DNA from: Candidatus Magasanikiibacteriota bacterium
GTDB lineage: Bacteria > Patescibacteriota > Patescibacteriia > Magasanikbacterales > JACTTX01
Length of the DNA: 64,000 nt
Assembly: GCA_015661005.1 (NCBI GenBank)
Contig: JACTTX010000002.1
Location: forward strand, 856 to 64,855
Direction of reading: 5' to 3'
Part shown: positions 10,424 to 20,912 of the stretch, one piece after another
How the letters are laid out: every line of letters begins with the position of its first letter
How positions within the stretch are numbered: position 1 is the stretch's first letter
Notes under the pieces: generated by a model
Told to the model about the DNA's origin: nothing
Seen by the model: only the letters and a program-made list of their open reading frames with translations
The model's database searches: none
Made by a program: the position numbers and the translations under genes

Positions 10424-10837
10424 TTATTCTCTGGCCACCACTTTACTGGTAACCGGCAACTTATATCCGGCCAAATGCAGGGCTTTCTTGGCATCCGCTG
10501 ACGGCACACCGTCAATTTCAAACATCACGGTGCCCGCTTTCACGATAGCCACATAATGATCAACCGCGCCTTTTCCCTTGCCCATGGGCGTCTCCGATCC
10601 CTTTTGGGTGATGGGCTTGTCCGGAAAAATGCGGATCCAAACTTTTCCGCCGCGCTTCACAAAACCGGTAATGACACGCCGCGCCGCTTCAATCTGCCTT
10701 GAGCTTACCCAGCCATATTCCATGGACTTCAAGCCGAACGCGCCGAAAGCCACGGTCGTTTTGCTGGTGGCGATGCCGGTATTTCGACGCCGCCCTTTGT
10801 GCCATTTACGATGTTTAACTTTTTTTGGAAGCAACAT
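10424..10837 (-). CDS. rplP: 50S ribosomal protein L16
   Basis: [34 protein letters not shown]. Confidence 0.98.
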   Translation of the reverse strand: MLLPKKVKHRKWHKGRRRNTGIATSKTTVAFGAFGLKSMEYGWVSSRQIEAARRVITGFVKRGGKVWIRIFPDKPITQKGSETPMGKGKGAVDHYVAIVKAGTVMFEIDGVPSADAKKALHLAGYKLPVTSKVVARE

Positions 10838-10846
10838 ATCTTAATT

Positions 10847-11551
10847 TCACGATTCAGTCCTGACCTTTTGTTTATCCTTTTGTTCACCGGCGCCGCGGAC
10901 AGTCGGTTTTTTCTTTTCTTCAAAGATATCCCCGCGATAAATCCAGACCTGAATGCCGATGGTGCCGTAAATTGTCCGGGCAATACCATACGCAAAATCA
11001 ATGTCGGCGCGCAAGCTGGTCAAGGGAATTTTTCCGCTGGCCAATTTTTCCGTACGCGCGATTTCCGCGCCGTTCAACCGTCCGGACATCCGCACTTTGA
11101 CACCATGGGCTCCGGCTTTCTCAATGCGATCAATCCCCATTTTCATCACGCGACGAAAAGGCATGCGTTTTTCAATATCCGTAATCATATTCTGCACCAC
11201 GATCGGCGCGGAAAGCGAGGGACGCGTAACTTCCTGAATGTTCAACTTGACATTGCCTTTGCCGAAGAATTTTTTCTGGAGCTTTTTGCGCAATTCTTCC
11301 GCGCCGGCGCCGCCCCGCCCAATCACGAACCCGGGCTTGGCCACGTTCAAAGTGATGGTTACTTCATGCTGATTGCGTTCAATCACCACGGAATCCAAAC
11401 CGGCGTCTTTCAGTTCACCGGTTAAAAATTCGCGGACATGAAAATCCTGCGCCAAAAGTTTTGGCATTTCTTTTTTACGCGAATACCATCGCGAGTCCCA
11501 AGTGCGGGTCATGCCAATGCGGAAAATTTTTGGGTGGACTTTGTGAGGCAT
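10847..11551 (-). CDS. rpsC: 30S ribosomal protein S3
   Basis: HKVHP..FRIG, KPGFVIGRGG, GRLNGAEIAR; start at 11551. Confidence 0.97.
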   Translation of the reverse strand: MPHKVHPKIFRIGMTRTWDSRWYSRKKEMPKLLAQDFHVREFLTGELKDAGLDSVVIERNQHEVTITLNVAKPGFVIGRGGAGAEELRKKLQKKFFGKGNVKLNIQEVTRPSLSAPIVVQNMITDIEKRMPFRRVMKMGIDRIEKAGAHGVKVRMSGRLNGAEIARTEKLASGKIPLTSLRADIDFAYGIARTIYGTIGIQVWIYRGDIFEEKKKPTVRGAGEQKDKQKVRTES

Positions 11552-11555
11552 ATAT

Positions 11556-11978
11556 TTACGCGATCTTTTTGACGCGCTGGACGCGTTTTTCTTTGTCGAC
11601 GCCGACGAATTTCTTTCCCGGACACGCAACCTTCATCTTTGGCGGTTCTGTGTCCAGCACGAGCATGATGTGCGAAGTGCGTTTTCTGATGGGTGCGGCC
11701 CGCCCATGCGCGCGCGGATGCGAACGTTTGAGTACCGGACCGCCGTCAACGTAAGCGGTTTTGACCCACAAGTCAGCGGCATTCAACTGCTGATTGTGTT
11801 CGGCGTTGGCAATGGCGGACTTGAGAAGTTTCCAAACCGGCTTGGCCGCGGCTTTCGGCATAAATTGCAGATGCGTCAAAGCGTCATTCACGCGTAAGCC
11901 GCGAACAACATCAACCACTAATCGCACCTTGCGGGGCGACATGCGGAGCATTCGGAGTTGTGCGCGGGTTTGACTCAT
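11556..11978 (-). CDS. rplV: 50S ribosomal protein L22
   Basis: SPRKVRLV, SAIANAEHN, PRAHGRA..IRKRTSHI. Confidence 0.97.
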   Translation of the reverse strand: MSQTRAQLRMLRMSPRKVRLVVDVVRGLRVNDALTHLQFMPKAAAKPVWKLLKSAIANAEHNQQLNAADLWVKTAYVDGGPVLKRSHPRAHGRAAPIRKRTSHIMLVLDTEPPKMKVACPGKKFVGVDKEKRVQRVKKIA

Positions 11979-11981
11979 AAA

Positions 11982-12317
11982 TTATTTTTTACCCGGTCCA
12001 GCCGCAGGCGCTGGCGCGGCTTTGGTTCCTTCCGCTTGCTTGGTTTCCAATTCTTTCTGCATCTTACCGCCGTGGCGCGTGAACTTGCGGGTTGGCGAAA
12101 ATTCACCGAGCTTGTGTCCGACCATATTTTCCACCACATAGACGCTGATGAAATCGCGGCCATTGTGCACGGCAAAAGTGTGCCCGACCATTTCCGGGGT
12201 GATGGTGCTGGCGCGCGCCCACGTCTTCAAGACCTTCTTCTCACCCTGACGAAGATTTTGGACTTTTTTCATCAATTTTTGATCCGTGTACGGACCTTTC
12301 TTTAAACTTCGTGACAT
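11982..12317 (-). CDS. rpsS: 30S ribosomal protein S19
   Basis: [29 protein letters not shown]; start at 12317. Confidence 0.98.
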   Translation of the reverse strand: MSRSLKKGPYTDQKLMKKVQNLRQGEKKVLKTWARASTITPEMVGHTFAVHNGRDFISVYVVENMVGHKLGEFSPTRKFTRHGGKMQKELETKQAEGTKAAPAPAAGPGKK

Positions 12318-12318
12318 A

Positions 12319-13179
12319 TTATTTGACTTTGATGGCGCCTTCCACCTTCTGCCCGCCGCGGCGTTGAATGATGAATTTGTTTGACCATTTGTTGCGCCGA
12401 CGAGTTTTGATGCCAAATGCCGGTTTGCCCCAAACATTTTTTGGCGCCTTGAGACCAATCGGGTGCTTGCCTTCACCGCCGCCGTGCGGATGATCAACCG
12501 GATTCATGGCCTTGCCGCGAACGTGCGGACGAATGCCGCGCAAACGCATCCGGCCGGCCTTGCCCCAACGAATCAACCGACGATCCGGATTTCCCATCTG
12601 TCCAATTGAGGCGCGACAATCCTTGGCAACGGTGCGCATTTCTCCGGACGGCAGGCGCACGATGGCGTACTTTCCCTCAATGGCCATGAGTTCAGCGCTC
12701 AACCCGGCGCCGCGCACCATTTTTCCGCCGCGGCCCGCCGCGAGTTCAATAGAGTGTACCATGACGCCGGTCGGAATGAACGCCAGCGGCATACGGTTTC
12801 CGGTTTTCACTTCAATTTTTTTCTCTGACGAAAGCGCTTCATCCCCAACTTTTAATCCAAGCGGCGCCAAGATATAACGGCGTTCTTTATCAGCGTATTC
12901 CACTAGGGCAATTCTCGGGCCGCGGTTCGGGTCATATTCTATCGCGATAACTTTGGCCGGAGCGTCCAGTTTATCCTGCAAAAAATCCACGATGCGAATG
13001 AAGCGCTTGACACCGGCGCCGCGGCGGCGCACGGTAATTTTTCCGTTCATCCGTCCGGCCATTTCTTTTTTGAAGACAATTAAATTCTTCTCCGGTTCAA
13101 ACTTGGTGATGTCGGCAAAATCGTCAACCGAAGAAAAACGACGACCGGATTTATTTTTTTTGTGGAGTTTGACGGACAT
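12319..13179 (-). CDS. rplB: 50S ribosomal protein L2
   Basis: [27 protein letters not shown]. Confidence 0.98.
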   Translation of the reverse strand: MSVKLHKKNKSGRRFSSVDDFADITKFEPEKNLIVFKKEMAGRMNGKITVRRRGAGVKRFIRIVDFLQDKLDAPAKVIAIEYDPNRGPRIALVEYADKERRYILAPLGLKVGDEALSSEKKIEVKTGNRMPLAFIPTGVMVHSIELAAGRGGKMVRGAGLSAELMAIEGKYAIVRLPSGEMRTVAKDCRASIGQMGNPDRRLIRWGKAGRMRLRGIRPHVRGKAMNPVDHPHGGGEGKHPIGLKAPKNVWGKPAFGIKTRRRNKWSNKFIIQRRGGQKVEGAIKVK

Positions 13180-13217
13180 AGGGGTTAGAAGCCGGAAGTT
13201 GGAGAATGGAAGTGGAA

Positions 13218-13658
13218 TTAGACGCCCTCGTGCAGGGTTAACGTTTCTCCCTTCTTCAGCGTGACGATAGCGTGTTTGCGCACGCTGCGTTTTCCGGTCA
13301 AGCGTCCATAATGGACAACTTTGGCCGGCAAACGCACCATGCGCACTTGAATTGGGTGGACGCCGTAAAGACGTTGCACCGCTTTGGCGACTTCATTTTT
13401 ATTAACGCCGTCATCAACGATAAACGTGTACACGCCGAACTGTTCGCGCCCGGCGCTTTTTTCCGTCACGTGCACGCCGCGGATCAGATGCAAAGGAATG
13501 GCGGCCGTCTCTTTGATGGCCGTCAAGACGGCCTCCGGTTTTTTTTCCGCCAAATCCGCCACCGCTTTTTTCTCCGCCACGGTTTGAACCGAACCGACCG
13601 CGCCTTTGCCCGGTTCTTCTTTTTTCTTTCCTTTTTTGAAGATATCAAACCAGCCCAT
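13218..13658 (-). CDS. rplW: 50S ribosomal protein L23 with N-terminal extension
   Basis: HVTEKS, YTFIV...NK.EV..AV..LYGV, KHAIVTLKKG; start MGWFDIF at 13658. Confidence 0.92.
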   Translation of the reverse strand: MGWFDIFKKGKKKEEPGKGAVGSVQTVAEKKAVADLAEKKPEAVLTAIKETAAIPLHLIRGVHVTEKSAGREQFGVYTFIVDDGVNKNEVAKAVQRLYGVHPIQVRMVRLPAKVVHYGRLTGKRSVRKHAIVTLKKGETLTLHEGV

Positions 13659-13659
13659 A

Positions 13660-14295
13660 TTATGACAAACGTTTTTCCAGCGCTTTAACGGCCTCAACAC
13701 TCAAAATCACATAATCATTATTGATGAGTGACAAGATATCCGCGTTCCGCGCTTCTTCGGCGGTGATCTTGGGAATGTTTTTCACGATTCGCACCAGACC
13801 GCGATCCAATACCGGCGTCAGCACCAATGTTTTCCGTCCGCTTCCCGGAAGCGCGGCGCGCACTTTGGAAAACCATTTGGTTTTAAGCTCAACCGGTTTC
13901 AAATCATCAACCACAATCAGTCGTTCGGTTTTTGCTTTATCCGTCATCACCATGCGCAAAGCCACTTTAGCCAGACCGTGATTGATCTTGCGCTTATAAT
14001 TTTCCGCGTTGCGCGGACCCCAGACTACGCCGCCGCCCTTCCAGATTGGCGAACGGATGGAACCATGACGAGCGCGACCAGTGCCCTTCTGCGCCCAAGG
14101 TTTCTTGCCGCCGCCCTTAACTTCCCCTCTGGTTTTGGTATGGGCCGTGCCTTGACGGGCATTCCCGGCGGCCGCTGTCACGACTTCATGAACAACGCCG
14201 GGTTTTATAATCGCGCCAAACACACGATCCGAGAGTTCAACTTCTCCGATCGTTTGTCCGGCGAGATTGTAGAGTTTTGTTTTCATATCAGACAA
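13660..14295 (-). CDS. rplD: 50S ribosomal protein L4
   Basis: TKTRGEV.GGGKKPW.QKGTGRARHGSIRSP. Confidence 0.97.
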   Translation of the reverse strand: MSDMKTKLYNLAGQTIGEVELSDRVFGAIIKPGVVHEVVTAAAGNARQGTAHTKTRGEVKGGGKKPWAQKGTGRARHGSIRSPIWKGGGVVWGPRNAENYKRKINHGLAKVALRMVMTDKAKTERLIVVDDLKPVELKTKWFSKVRAALPGSGRKTLVLTPVLDRGLVRIVKNIPKITAEEARNADILSLINNDYVILSVEAVKALEKRLS

Positions 14296-14304
14296 CAGAT
14301 AACA

Positions 14305-15021
14305 TTAGACGGATGGAGGGACGGTTTGCTCCGGCGCCGCCGACACCACTTCTTCTGCCGACGCCGCTTCCGGCGCCGTTTCAGCTTGCGGGGCAACCTC
14401 AACCTGCAATTCTCCCGGCCCTTTGATGATGAGCAGTGATCCAAAAGCGCCCGGCACCGCGCCTTTCAAAAGCAGTTCGTTTTTCTCCGCATCAATAGCC
14501 ACGACTTCCAAATTTTTAATGGTCACGCGTTCGCCGCCCATTCGTCCGGCCATGCGCACGCCTTTGAAAACCCGTTGCACGCCGCCGGCGCCGATGGCGC
14601 CCGGCGCGCGCAGGTTGTCTTTGTGTCCATGCGAGGCCGGACCGCCGGCAAAATGATGGCGCTTGACAACACCGGCAAACCCTTTTCCTTTGGAGGTGCC
14701 AATCACTTCCACCATATCTCCGGGCGCGAATGTTTTAACGGTGATGATCGCGCCACGCGTTATGTTCTCTCCAATTTTTTCCGGTTGAATGTCGCGCAAA
14801 AAACGCATTGGGGCAAGACCTTTCAGATGTCCCAGTTGGGGTTTAGCCAAATTTCTGGAAGAAGCAAAACCAATCTGGACGGCGGCGACGCCATCCTTCT
14901 CTTTGGTTTTGACTTGCGTGATGACACAAGGTCCGGCGGCCACTTTGGTAACCGGCCAAACTGTTCCGTCATCGCGGAAAACCTGTGACATCATCATTTT
15001 TTTCCCCAGGATCGCTTTCAT
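14305..15021 (-). CDS. rplC: 50S ribosomal protein L3
   Basis: MKAILGKK, SKGKGFAGVVKRHHF, MAGRMG, KGAVPG; start at 15021. Confidence 0.97.
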   Translation of the reverse strand: MKAILGKKMMMSQVFRDDGTVWPVTKVAAGPCVITQVKTKEKDGVAAVQIGFASSRNLAKPQLGHLKGLAPMRFLRDIQPEKIGENITRGAIITVKTFAPGDMVEVIGTSKGKGFAGVVKRHHFAGGPASHGHKDNLRAPGAIGAGGVQRVFKGVRMAGRMGGERVTIKNLEVVAIDAEKNELLLKGAVPGAFGSLLIIKGPGELQVEVAPQAETAPEAASAEEVVSAAPEQTVPPSV

Positions 15022-15188
15022 ATCTATCCGGCTTTTATGTTTTAAACAAAAAGCCAGAAGTCGTTTCACCACGATTGGACGTGATGGAGCGGCTTCTCGG
15101 CCTTTCGTCTTCCTCACCCCAAGGGTATCCGCTTTCCTGCCCGGACCCGTCAGGGTTTTTGCGAACGGCATTCTTAATTGACAATCTA

Positions 15189-15542
15189 TTACATTTTAAT
15201 TTCTATGTCAACACCGGCCGGCAGATTTAAACTCATCAAGGCATCAATGGTCTTTGGCGTTGGATCAATGATGTCAATTAATCTTTTGTGCACGCGCATT
15301 TCATATTGCTCGCGCGCGTCCTTATGCACAAAACTGGAACGGTTCACCGTGTATTTGGATTTCTCCGTGGGCAGTGGCACCGGCCCGACCACTTGGGCGC
15401 CACTGCGTTCAGCGGTATCCATAATGGTTTTAGTGGCCGCGTCAATGATCTTGTGATCATAAGCGCGAATCTTTATACGGATCCGCTGACCGTTGCCGGT
15501 TTCTTCTTTTTTCTTAACTTGTGTGGCTGTTGCTTCCGCCAT
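15189..15542 (-). CDS. rpsJ: 30S ribosomal protein S10
   Basis: [34 protein letters not shown]. Confidence 0.98.
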   Translation of the reverse strand: MAEATATQVKKKEETGNGQRIRIKIRAYDHKIIDAATKTIMDTAERSGAQVVGPVPLPTEKSKYTVNRSSFVHKDAREQYEMRVHKRLIDIIDPTPKTIDALMSLNLPAGVDIEIKM

Positions 15543-15572
15543 ACGGCTGGAATATCCAGTTTATGAACTCTG

Positions 15573-15601
15573 AAGCCCGCCGCTATTCTGCGACGGGCTT
15601 C
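15573..15601. terminator. Hairpin downstream of tuf
   Basis: AAGCCCGCCGC-TATTCT-GCGACGGGCTT imperfect inverted repeat just after the tuf stop. Confidence 0.5.
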
Positions 15602-15607
15602 CAACAA

Positions 15608-16798
15608 TTACTTAATTATCTTCACGACCGCGCCCGCGCCCACGGTTTTGCCGCCTTCGCGAATGGCGAAACGTTGTTTCTCTTCAAGCGCCACCGGCGT
15701 GATCAGCTTGACCGTGATGTCCACCGTGTCGCCGGGCATCACCATTTCCGTGCCGGCCGGCAAGGTTACTTCACCGGTCACGTCTGTGGTGCGCATATAA
15801 AACTGCGGCTTGTAACCGTTCATAAACGGCTTGTGACGTCCGCCTTCCTCTTTGGTCAGCGCATAAACCTGCGTTTCAAATTCCGTGTGCGGTGTCACAC
15901 TTCCCGGCTTGGCCAAAACCATGCCGCGTTCCACTTCATCTTTCTTGGTGCCACGCAACAAGAGTCCGGCGTTGTCACCAGCGCGACCTTCATCCAACTG
16001 CTTATTGAACATTTCAATGCCGGTCACCACGGTTTTGCGCGTTTCCGCCAAACCGACGATTTCCACTTCTTCATTGATATTAATCTTTCCGCGCTCAATA
16101 CGTCCGGTTACCACCGTGCCGCGGCCTTCAATGGAGAAGACATCTTCAATCGGCATGAGGAACGGTTTGTCTACATCGCGCTGTGGTTCAGGAATGTATG
16201 TATCCAGAGTGCTGATCAAATCCAAAATTGGTTTGGAAGCGACTTCATCCGAGGGATTCTCCAGCGCTTTCAAAGCCGAACCGCGGATGATTGGCGTGGT
16301 GTCCCCAGGGAATTGGTATTTTTTCAAAAGGTCTTTGATTTCCTCTTCCACCAAATCAATGAGTTCCGGATCCGACACTTGGTCAACTTTATTCAAAAAT
16401 ACCACGATGTAAGGCACACCAACCTGACGAGCGAGCAAAATGTGCTCACGGGTCTGGGGCATGGGGCCGTCCGCGGCGGAAACCACAAGAATGGCGGCAT
16501 CCATTTGCGCCGCGCCGGTGATCATGTTTTTAACGTAGTCAGCGTGACCCGGACAATCAACGTGCGCATAATGGCGCGCCGCCGACTCATACTCAACGTG
16601 AGCCGTGGCAATGGTGATGCCGCGGGCTTTTTCTTCCGGCGCGGCGTCAATTTCATCAACTTTCTTATCTTGAGCCGTCATGCCGTGGGCCTTCAAAACC
16701 TGAAGAATGGCCGCGGTTAAAGTTGTTTTACCGTGATCAACGTGACCGATCGTGCCCACATTGACGTGGGGCTTGGTGCGTTCAAACTTTCCTGCCAT
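15608..16798 (-). CDS. tuf: Elongation factor Tu
   Basis: [28 protein letters not shown]. Confidence 0.99.
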   Translation of the reverse strand: MAGKFERTKPHVNVGTIGHVDHGKTTLTAAILQVLKAHGMTAQDKKVDEIDAAPEEKARGITIATAHVEYESAARHYAHVDCPGHADYVKNMITGAAQMDAAILVVSAADGPMPQTREHILLARQVGVPYIVVFLNKVDQVSDPELIDLVEEEIKDLLKKYQFPGDTTPIIRGSALKALENPSDEVASKPILDLISTLDTYIPEPQRDVDKPFLMPIEDVFSIEGRGTVVTGRIERGKININEEVEIVGLAETRKTVVTGIEMFNKQLDEGRAGDNAGLLLRGTKKDEVERGMVLAKPGSVTPHTEFETQVYALTKEEGGRHKPFMNGYKPQFYMRTTDVTGEVTLPAGTEMVMPGDTVDITVKLITPVALEEKQRFAIREGGKTVGAGAVVKIIK

Positions 16799-16905
16799 AT
16801 TATTGGTATTTTAGGATTTTTTGAGTGAATAAAAGAGACGGCCGCAAGTATAACAGAGGGATAAAAATCGTGCAAGTGGGGCTGTGGAATAATTGCCGAG
16901 CGGGT

Positions 16906-17391
16906 TTACTCCACCGGCTCAAAAAAGAATTGCGTTTCCGTTTTCTTTTCTTCTTTTTCCGGCCCCAAAGCCGCTGGCGATTCTTCATCTTGCGTCTCCA
17001 TCAAAATATCTCTAAGCGCGGACAACCCGCTCCAAGCCGGAGCCGCGACCGGTTCCAAGTATTGCGGTTCTTCTGAAGGTGTCACTTCTAAAGGTGCCAC
17101 TTCTAAATTTTCTCTTACAGACGCCGCCAAATCCTCCGTCGTTTTTTCTTTCTTTTGAGTTTCTCTCCAGAGCGCCACATCGCGATTGATTTTATCAATC
17201 AACTGTTCACCGCCGGTTTCTATTGGCGCCGCCGGAGCCGCCGAGTTTCCGTCCACTGCGGGCAAAACTAACCGTTCATATTCAGGCACGGTCATGACGA
17301 CGTAGGAATTATCACCGTCAATCACAATGGCGCGATCTCCGGTTTTTTGAATGAGTTTAAGGAGGCGTTCAATGGGAAACATAGTGAACAT
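16906..17391 (-). CDS. Hypothetical protein
   Basis: 161-aa ORF, N-terminal LI.KTGDR.IV and C-terminal FFFEPVE, acidic linker. Confidence 0.7.
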   Translation of the reverse strand: MFTMFPIERLLKLIQKTGDRAIVIDGDNSYVVMTVPEYERLVLPAVDGNSAAPAAPIETGGEQLIDKINRDVALWRETQKKEKTTEDLAASVRENLEVAPLEVTPSEEPQYLEPVAAPAWSGLSALRDILMETQDEESPAALGPEKEEKKTETQFFFEPVE

Positions 17392-17451
17392 AGTGTGGTT
17401 ATTTTAAAACCTTTATGAATACGAGTCAAATAATTAGGTTTACCGCCATCA

Positions 17452-17481
17452 TTGACTTTCAATCTTTTAATATGATATACT
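17452..17481 (+). promoter_or_regulatory. Sigma70-like promoter with no downstream plus-strand ORF
   Basis: TTGACT (17452-57), 18 nt, TATACT (17476-81) preceded by TGn. Confidence 0.55.
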
Positions 17482-17549
17482 CGCATTGTAGGTAATCCCT
17501 ACCGGATTTTGATCAAGGCCCGCCCCGCCAGGGGCTGGCCTTTGAAATT

Positions 17550-18161
17550 TTATCGTCTCTGGAAACGATCCATATCTAAGCGATATTTAAAATCGTCGGC
17601 ATACAAAAGTCTCTGAATCACCCCATCTTTTACAGCATCGACAACTTCTCGCCCCACATGTCCGCGGGCACCAAATACATAGGACATCTTACGAAACGCA
17701 TCTCTCAAGTATCTAAGCGCATATACTAAATCGCCATCGCCAGAAAATAAAACAATGTCATCGTACTGATCACGCAAACGTATCAAATCCACTGCCATTT
17801 CAACATCAAAATCGCATTTCTTTTCATACCCGTTCGCCTTCAACGAATCATGAATATATTTTACCGGCTTTGTGATCACTTCAAAGCGATTCATGTTAGC
17901 CCGATTCAAAATACTAGCGGACCACAAAGAAAGTGTCGTTGATCGTTCTTTGGGTCCGAAATCGGAACCATAATAAAAGCGACGTAGTTCTTTATTGCCG
18001 TAGGAAAAAATCTTCACCAACCGCGATAGTTCCTGAATACCAACTTTCCATCCAAGATTTTCCTTCCATTTATCAACATTCCCGAAATCAACCACAACAA
18101 TAATGCGTTCCTGTTTTTGCGTAAACGAGTTAAGAAAAGTTGTAATCTCCGCAGGATTCAT
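17550..18161 (-). CDS. NYN domain (LabA/DUF88, PIN-like) protein
   Basis: VDFGNV, KCDFDVEMAVD, LFSGDGDL acidic motifs. Confidence 0.88.
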   Translation of the reverse strand: MNPAEITTFLNSFTQKQERIIVVVDFGNVDKWKENLGWKVGIQELSRLVKIFSYGNKELRRFYYGSDFGPKERSTTLSLWSASILNRANMNRFEVITKPVKYIHDSLKANGYEKKCDFDVEMAVDLIRLRDQYDDIVLFSGDGDLVYALRYLRDAFRKMSYVFGARGHVGREVVDAVKDGVIQRLLYADDFKYRLDMDRFQRR

Positions 18162-18212
18162 ATATCGACTTTAGGAGATTATGACGAATCATTTAAGAGA
18201 GGCCGTCGTTCT

Positions 18213-19376
18213 TCAAAACAACGGCGCCGGAATGCCGAGATTCAGTGATTTAATGTCCGTTACATTTAACGGAATGGCGCCGGTGATGGCTTCCCAACCG
18301 TTTGGCGTCTGTTTTACATAGACACGCGCGACATCATCTCCCGCATAGGTCTGCACACCAACGCGAGCGTAGGATCCCAAAATTTGTTCCGTGTGGGCAA
18401 AGGCTTTTTGTTTGTACTCCGGGTCAGCGTTAATTTTTGCTTGCGCCGCTTTTTCCATTTTTTGTTTCTCGCCGGAATCAAGCTCATCGGTTTGATCGCG
18501 ATACAAAATCATTTCCGACGGCAAACGATAATCACCGGTTGATTTCCAATCATTTAATTTCCAAAGCAGAGTGCCGTCTTTTTGATAATTCAAGGAGGCC
18601 GCGCCGAGAACTTTTTCCGTTCCAACAATGCGAAAATTCACGGAAGAATTGTTTGGAACGGTGAACTCGCCGCTCATATCTCCTTCCAAAGTGCGAATGG
18701 CCGGAGCCGCGGCGGATAAAACCGCCACTAATTTGCCGCTGAATCTTGTCCCGGCCTGTTGGCTGTTCAAGACAACGGAATTGGTGGCGGGCGCGCCGTC
18801 AAAAGTCGTAACTTCAAGACCCGTCCATTTGCCGACGTATTTTTCCGGCGCAATGATGGCTTCTGCCGATGGAACCGTTGGCGCCGCCGCCGCTGATTTT
18901 TCCGCAATGGACGCAAAAACGCCGCGTGAGTCCGCATCATCCGTCACATACTCGGCATAAAAACGGTACGACGGTAAAATTTTGCGCGCCGTTTTTACGA
19001 TTTCCGGTTTGGCGGCCTTTTCAAAATCCGTTCGCGCGTCTTGGTTGTCCGCCTTGTCCGGCACAATGTAGATCCAAAGATGATTTTTATCTAAACCCTC
19101 ACCCGAAAAAATCCGAAAAGTATTTATTTTCATTGAAGTCACCCACGATGGATTGGCCGCCAGCGCATAACCCCAATACTTCGGGAGATTGATGGTGGAT
19201 GATTCACCGTAAGAATCGTCAAAAAAATCAACGCGCTCCCCGACTTCAGCGCTTGGCGCCGCGCTGGCCGCCGCCGGACTCTTTGACGGTTCAGTGGTTG
19301 GGCCGGTTTTCCCGCATCCGGCGCCAAGGAGCATCAACATTGTAAACGCGCTAACCAATAAAAATATTTTTTTCAT
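18213..19376 (-). CDS. Putative lipoprotein
   Basis: MKK + hydrophobic stretch + LLGAGC lipobox, followed by Ala/Pro/Ser linker. Confidence 0.8.
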   Translation of the reverse strand: MKKIFLLVSAFTMLMLLGAGCGKTGPTTEPSKSPAAASAAPSAEVGERVDFFDDSYGESSTINLPKYWGYALAANPSWVTSMKINTFRIFSGEGLDKNHLWIYIVPDKADNQDARTDFEKAAKPEIVKTARKILPSYRFYAEYVTDDADSRGVFASIAEKSAAAAPTVPSAEAIIAPEKYVGKWTGLEVTTFDGAPATNSVVLNSQQAGTRFSGKLVAVLSAAAPAIRTLEGDMSGEFTVPNNSSVNFRIVGTEKVLGAASLNYQKDGTLLWKLNDWKSTGDYRLPSEMILYRDQTDELDSGEKQKMEKAAQAKINADPEYKQKAFAHTEQILGSYARVGVQTYAGDDVARVYVKQTPNGWEAITGAIPLNVTDIKSLNLGIPAPLF

Positions 19377-19492
19377 AATTTTTTGATCAAAATTATTCGC
19401 GCCTTCTTGTCGGCTTTTTTCTTTAATTTATTTGCGGCAACTAATCCTCCGGTTCCGCCGCCTAAAATGATGACTGTTTTTTGATCGGCCAT
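19373..19492 (-). pseudogene. N-terminal fragment of FAD-dependent oxidoreductase (SQR-like)
   Basis: Manual translation MADQKTVIILGGGTGGLVAANKLKKKADKKARIILIKKL*: only the GxGxxG Rossmann beta-alpha-beta unit remains. Confidence 0.75.
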
Positions 19493-19494
19493 AG

Positions 19495-20556
19495 TTATTG
19501 ATTAATCCCTTTATTTATTTCTCCGATAAGCTGAGGGCCTTCGTAAATCATTCCTGTTATCAATTGAATCAAGTCCGCTCCTGCGCTCAATCTTTCTCGC
19601 GCATCGTCTGCCGAGAAAATGCCGCCACAACCGACAATCACCACATTCTTACCAAAGACATCCCTGGTGTGCTTAATGAGTCTTTTCGAATTTTCGGCCG
19701 TCGGTTTGCCGCTAAAATTGCCTTTTACGTCTTTAACTCTGAAAATTTCTTTCTTGTCAAACGCCTGATTGTTTCTGTCTTTGACAAGATTAGAAAAAAT
19801 AAAACCACGAATGCCATTCTCTAAGGCCGAGCGTACCAACGTATCACTTTTGTCAAAATCGATTTCATTTGGCATTTTTACGAATATAGGTTGTGTTATA
19901 CCGCAAGAAGCCACAGCTTGGACAAGCTCCTTAAAATTTTTTAGATTAGAAAATGATTCCGACATTACCGCGTTAGGACAGCTTATATTCAGTTCAAAAT
20001 ATTTGACATAGGGTTTATCTTTGAATATGCGAAAAGTCTCCAAATAGTCATCTATGGCTTTGTTGATAGTGTTGACATCTGGAACATTGGAACTCCCCAC
20101 GCTTATACCGATCAAATGCCCCTCTAATCTTTTCCCATCTAAACGCTTGGCAACAGCTTCTGCTCCATCTGATTTAAAACCTTTATTCACCAAAATCGAT
20201 TTTGATCGTGGAAGTCGCGCAAGACGCGGCGGCTTGTTCCCCGCATATTTTTGCGCCGTTACTGTTCCCACTGTATTAAAACCAAACCCCACATGCCTCA
20301 TAACTTTTGCTAAATGTCCATTATAATCAAAACCAGCCGCCAGACCAACAAAACTTTCAAATTCCAAGCCCAAAATATTCTTTTTGATAGTTTTCTCTCC
20401 GCGCGGCAATAAAAAGCCTAGCGGCCATTTCCGATTCTCAAGACCTTCACCGATTTGCGTCACCATATTATGAACAAACTCGGCATCCAATTGGAAAAGC
20501 GCGGGCTTGATGAGATTTTTATACAAAACGCCGACTATTTTATTGTTCATATTCAA
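19495..20556 (-). CDS. pyrD: Dihydroorotate dehydrogenase, class 2-like (quinone type)
   Basis: LDAEFVH, GLAAGFD, GTVT...GN..PRL.RL, ELNISCPN, SGKP, GCGGIFS. Confidence 0.85.
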   Translation of the reverse strand: MNMNNKIVGVLYKNLIKPALFQLDAEFVHNMVTQIGEGLENRKWPLGFLLPRGEKTIKKNILGLEFESFVGLAAGFDYNGHLAKVMRHVGFGFNTVGTVTAQKYAGNKPPRLARLPRSKSILVNKGFKSDGAEAVAKRLDGKRLEGHLIGISVGSSNVPDVNTINKAIDDYLETFRIFKDKPYVKYFELNISCPNAVMSESFSNLKNFKELVQAVASCGITQPIFVKMPNEIDFDKSDTLVRSALENGIRGFIFSNLVKDRNNQAFDKKEIFRVKDVKGNFSGKPTAENSKRLIKHTRDVFGKNVVIVGCGGIFSADDARERLSAGADLIQLITGMIYEGPQLIGEINKGINQ

Positions 20557-20557
20557 T

Positions 20558-20908
20558 TTAAAATGTTAAAACTTTATCACTTTCCTTGATCAAGTTTGCC
20601 AGATCGCTCATGTGTCCCACAACAATTCCATCAATCAGTTTTTCTCGGCTTATACCACAAACTTTGAGACAGCTGGAACAGGCGACAAAAGGAACATTTT
20701 TTGCGAGCAATTCTTTCGTCAGCTCTTCCAAATTATATTCCTTTCCTTTCGCCTCTTGGTTTTCTTTACCAACATCCACGCCGTCTTCCAAGAGAAAAAT
20801 TTTAACTTTTACATCTTGGTCTAATAATTCACCGACAAGCCGTAGCGCGTTCCACGCTTTATCGTTTTTGTAGGGAAGCTCATTGATAATAATAGTAATT
20901 GTTTGCAT
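20558..20908 (-). CDS. DsrE family protein
   Basis: IIINELPY....WNALR, IFLLEDGV, ACSSC, SDKVLTF. Confidence 0.85.
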   Translation of the reverse strand: MQTITIIINELPYKNDKAWNALRLVGELLDQDVKVKIFLLEDGVDVGKENQEAKGKEYNLEELTKELLAKNVPFVACSSCLKVCGISREKLIDGIVVGHMSDLANLIKESDKVLTF

Positions 20909-20912
20909 AGCG

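Noticed and set aside
15521-16720. 399-aa plus-strand ORF and similar antisense ORFs over ribosomal genes
   Set aside because: Shadow frames of highly conserved genes, with no protein motifs
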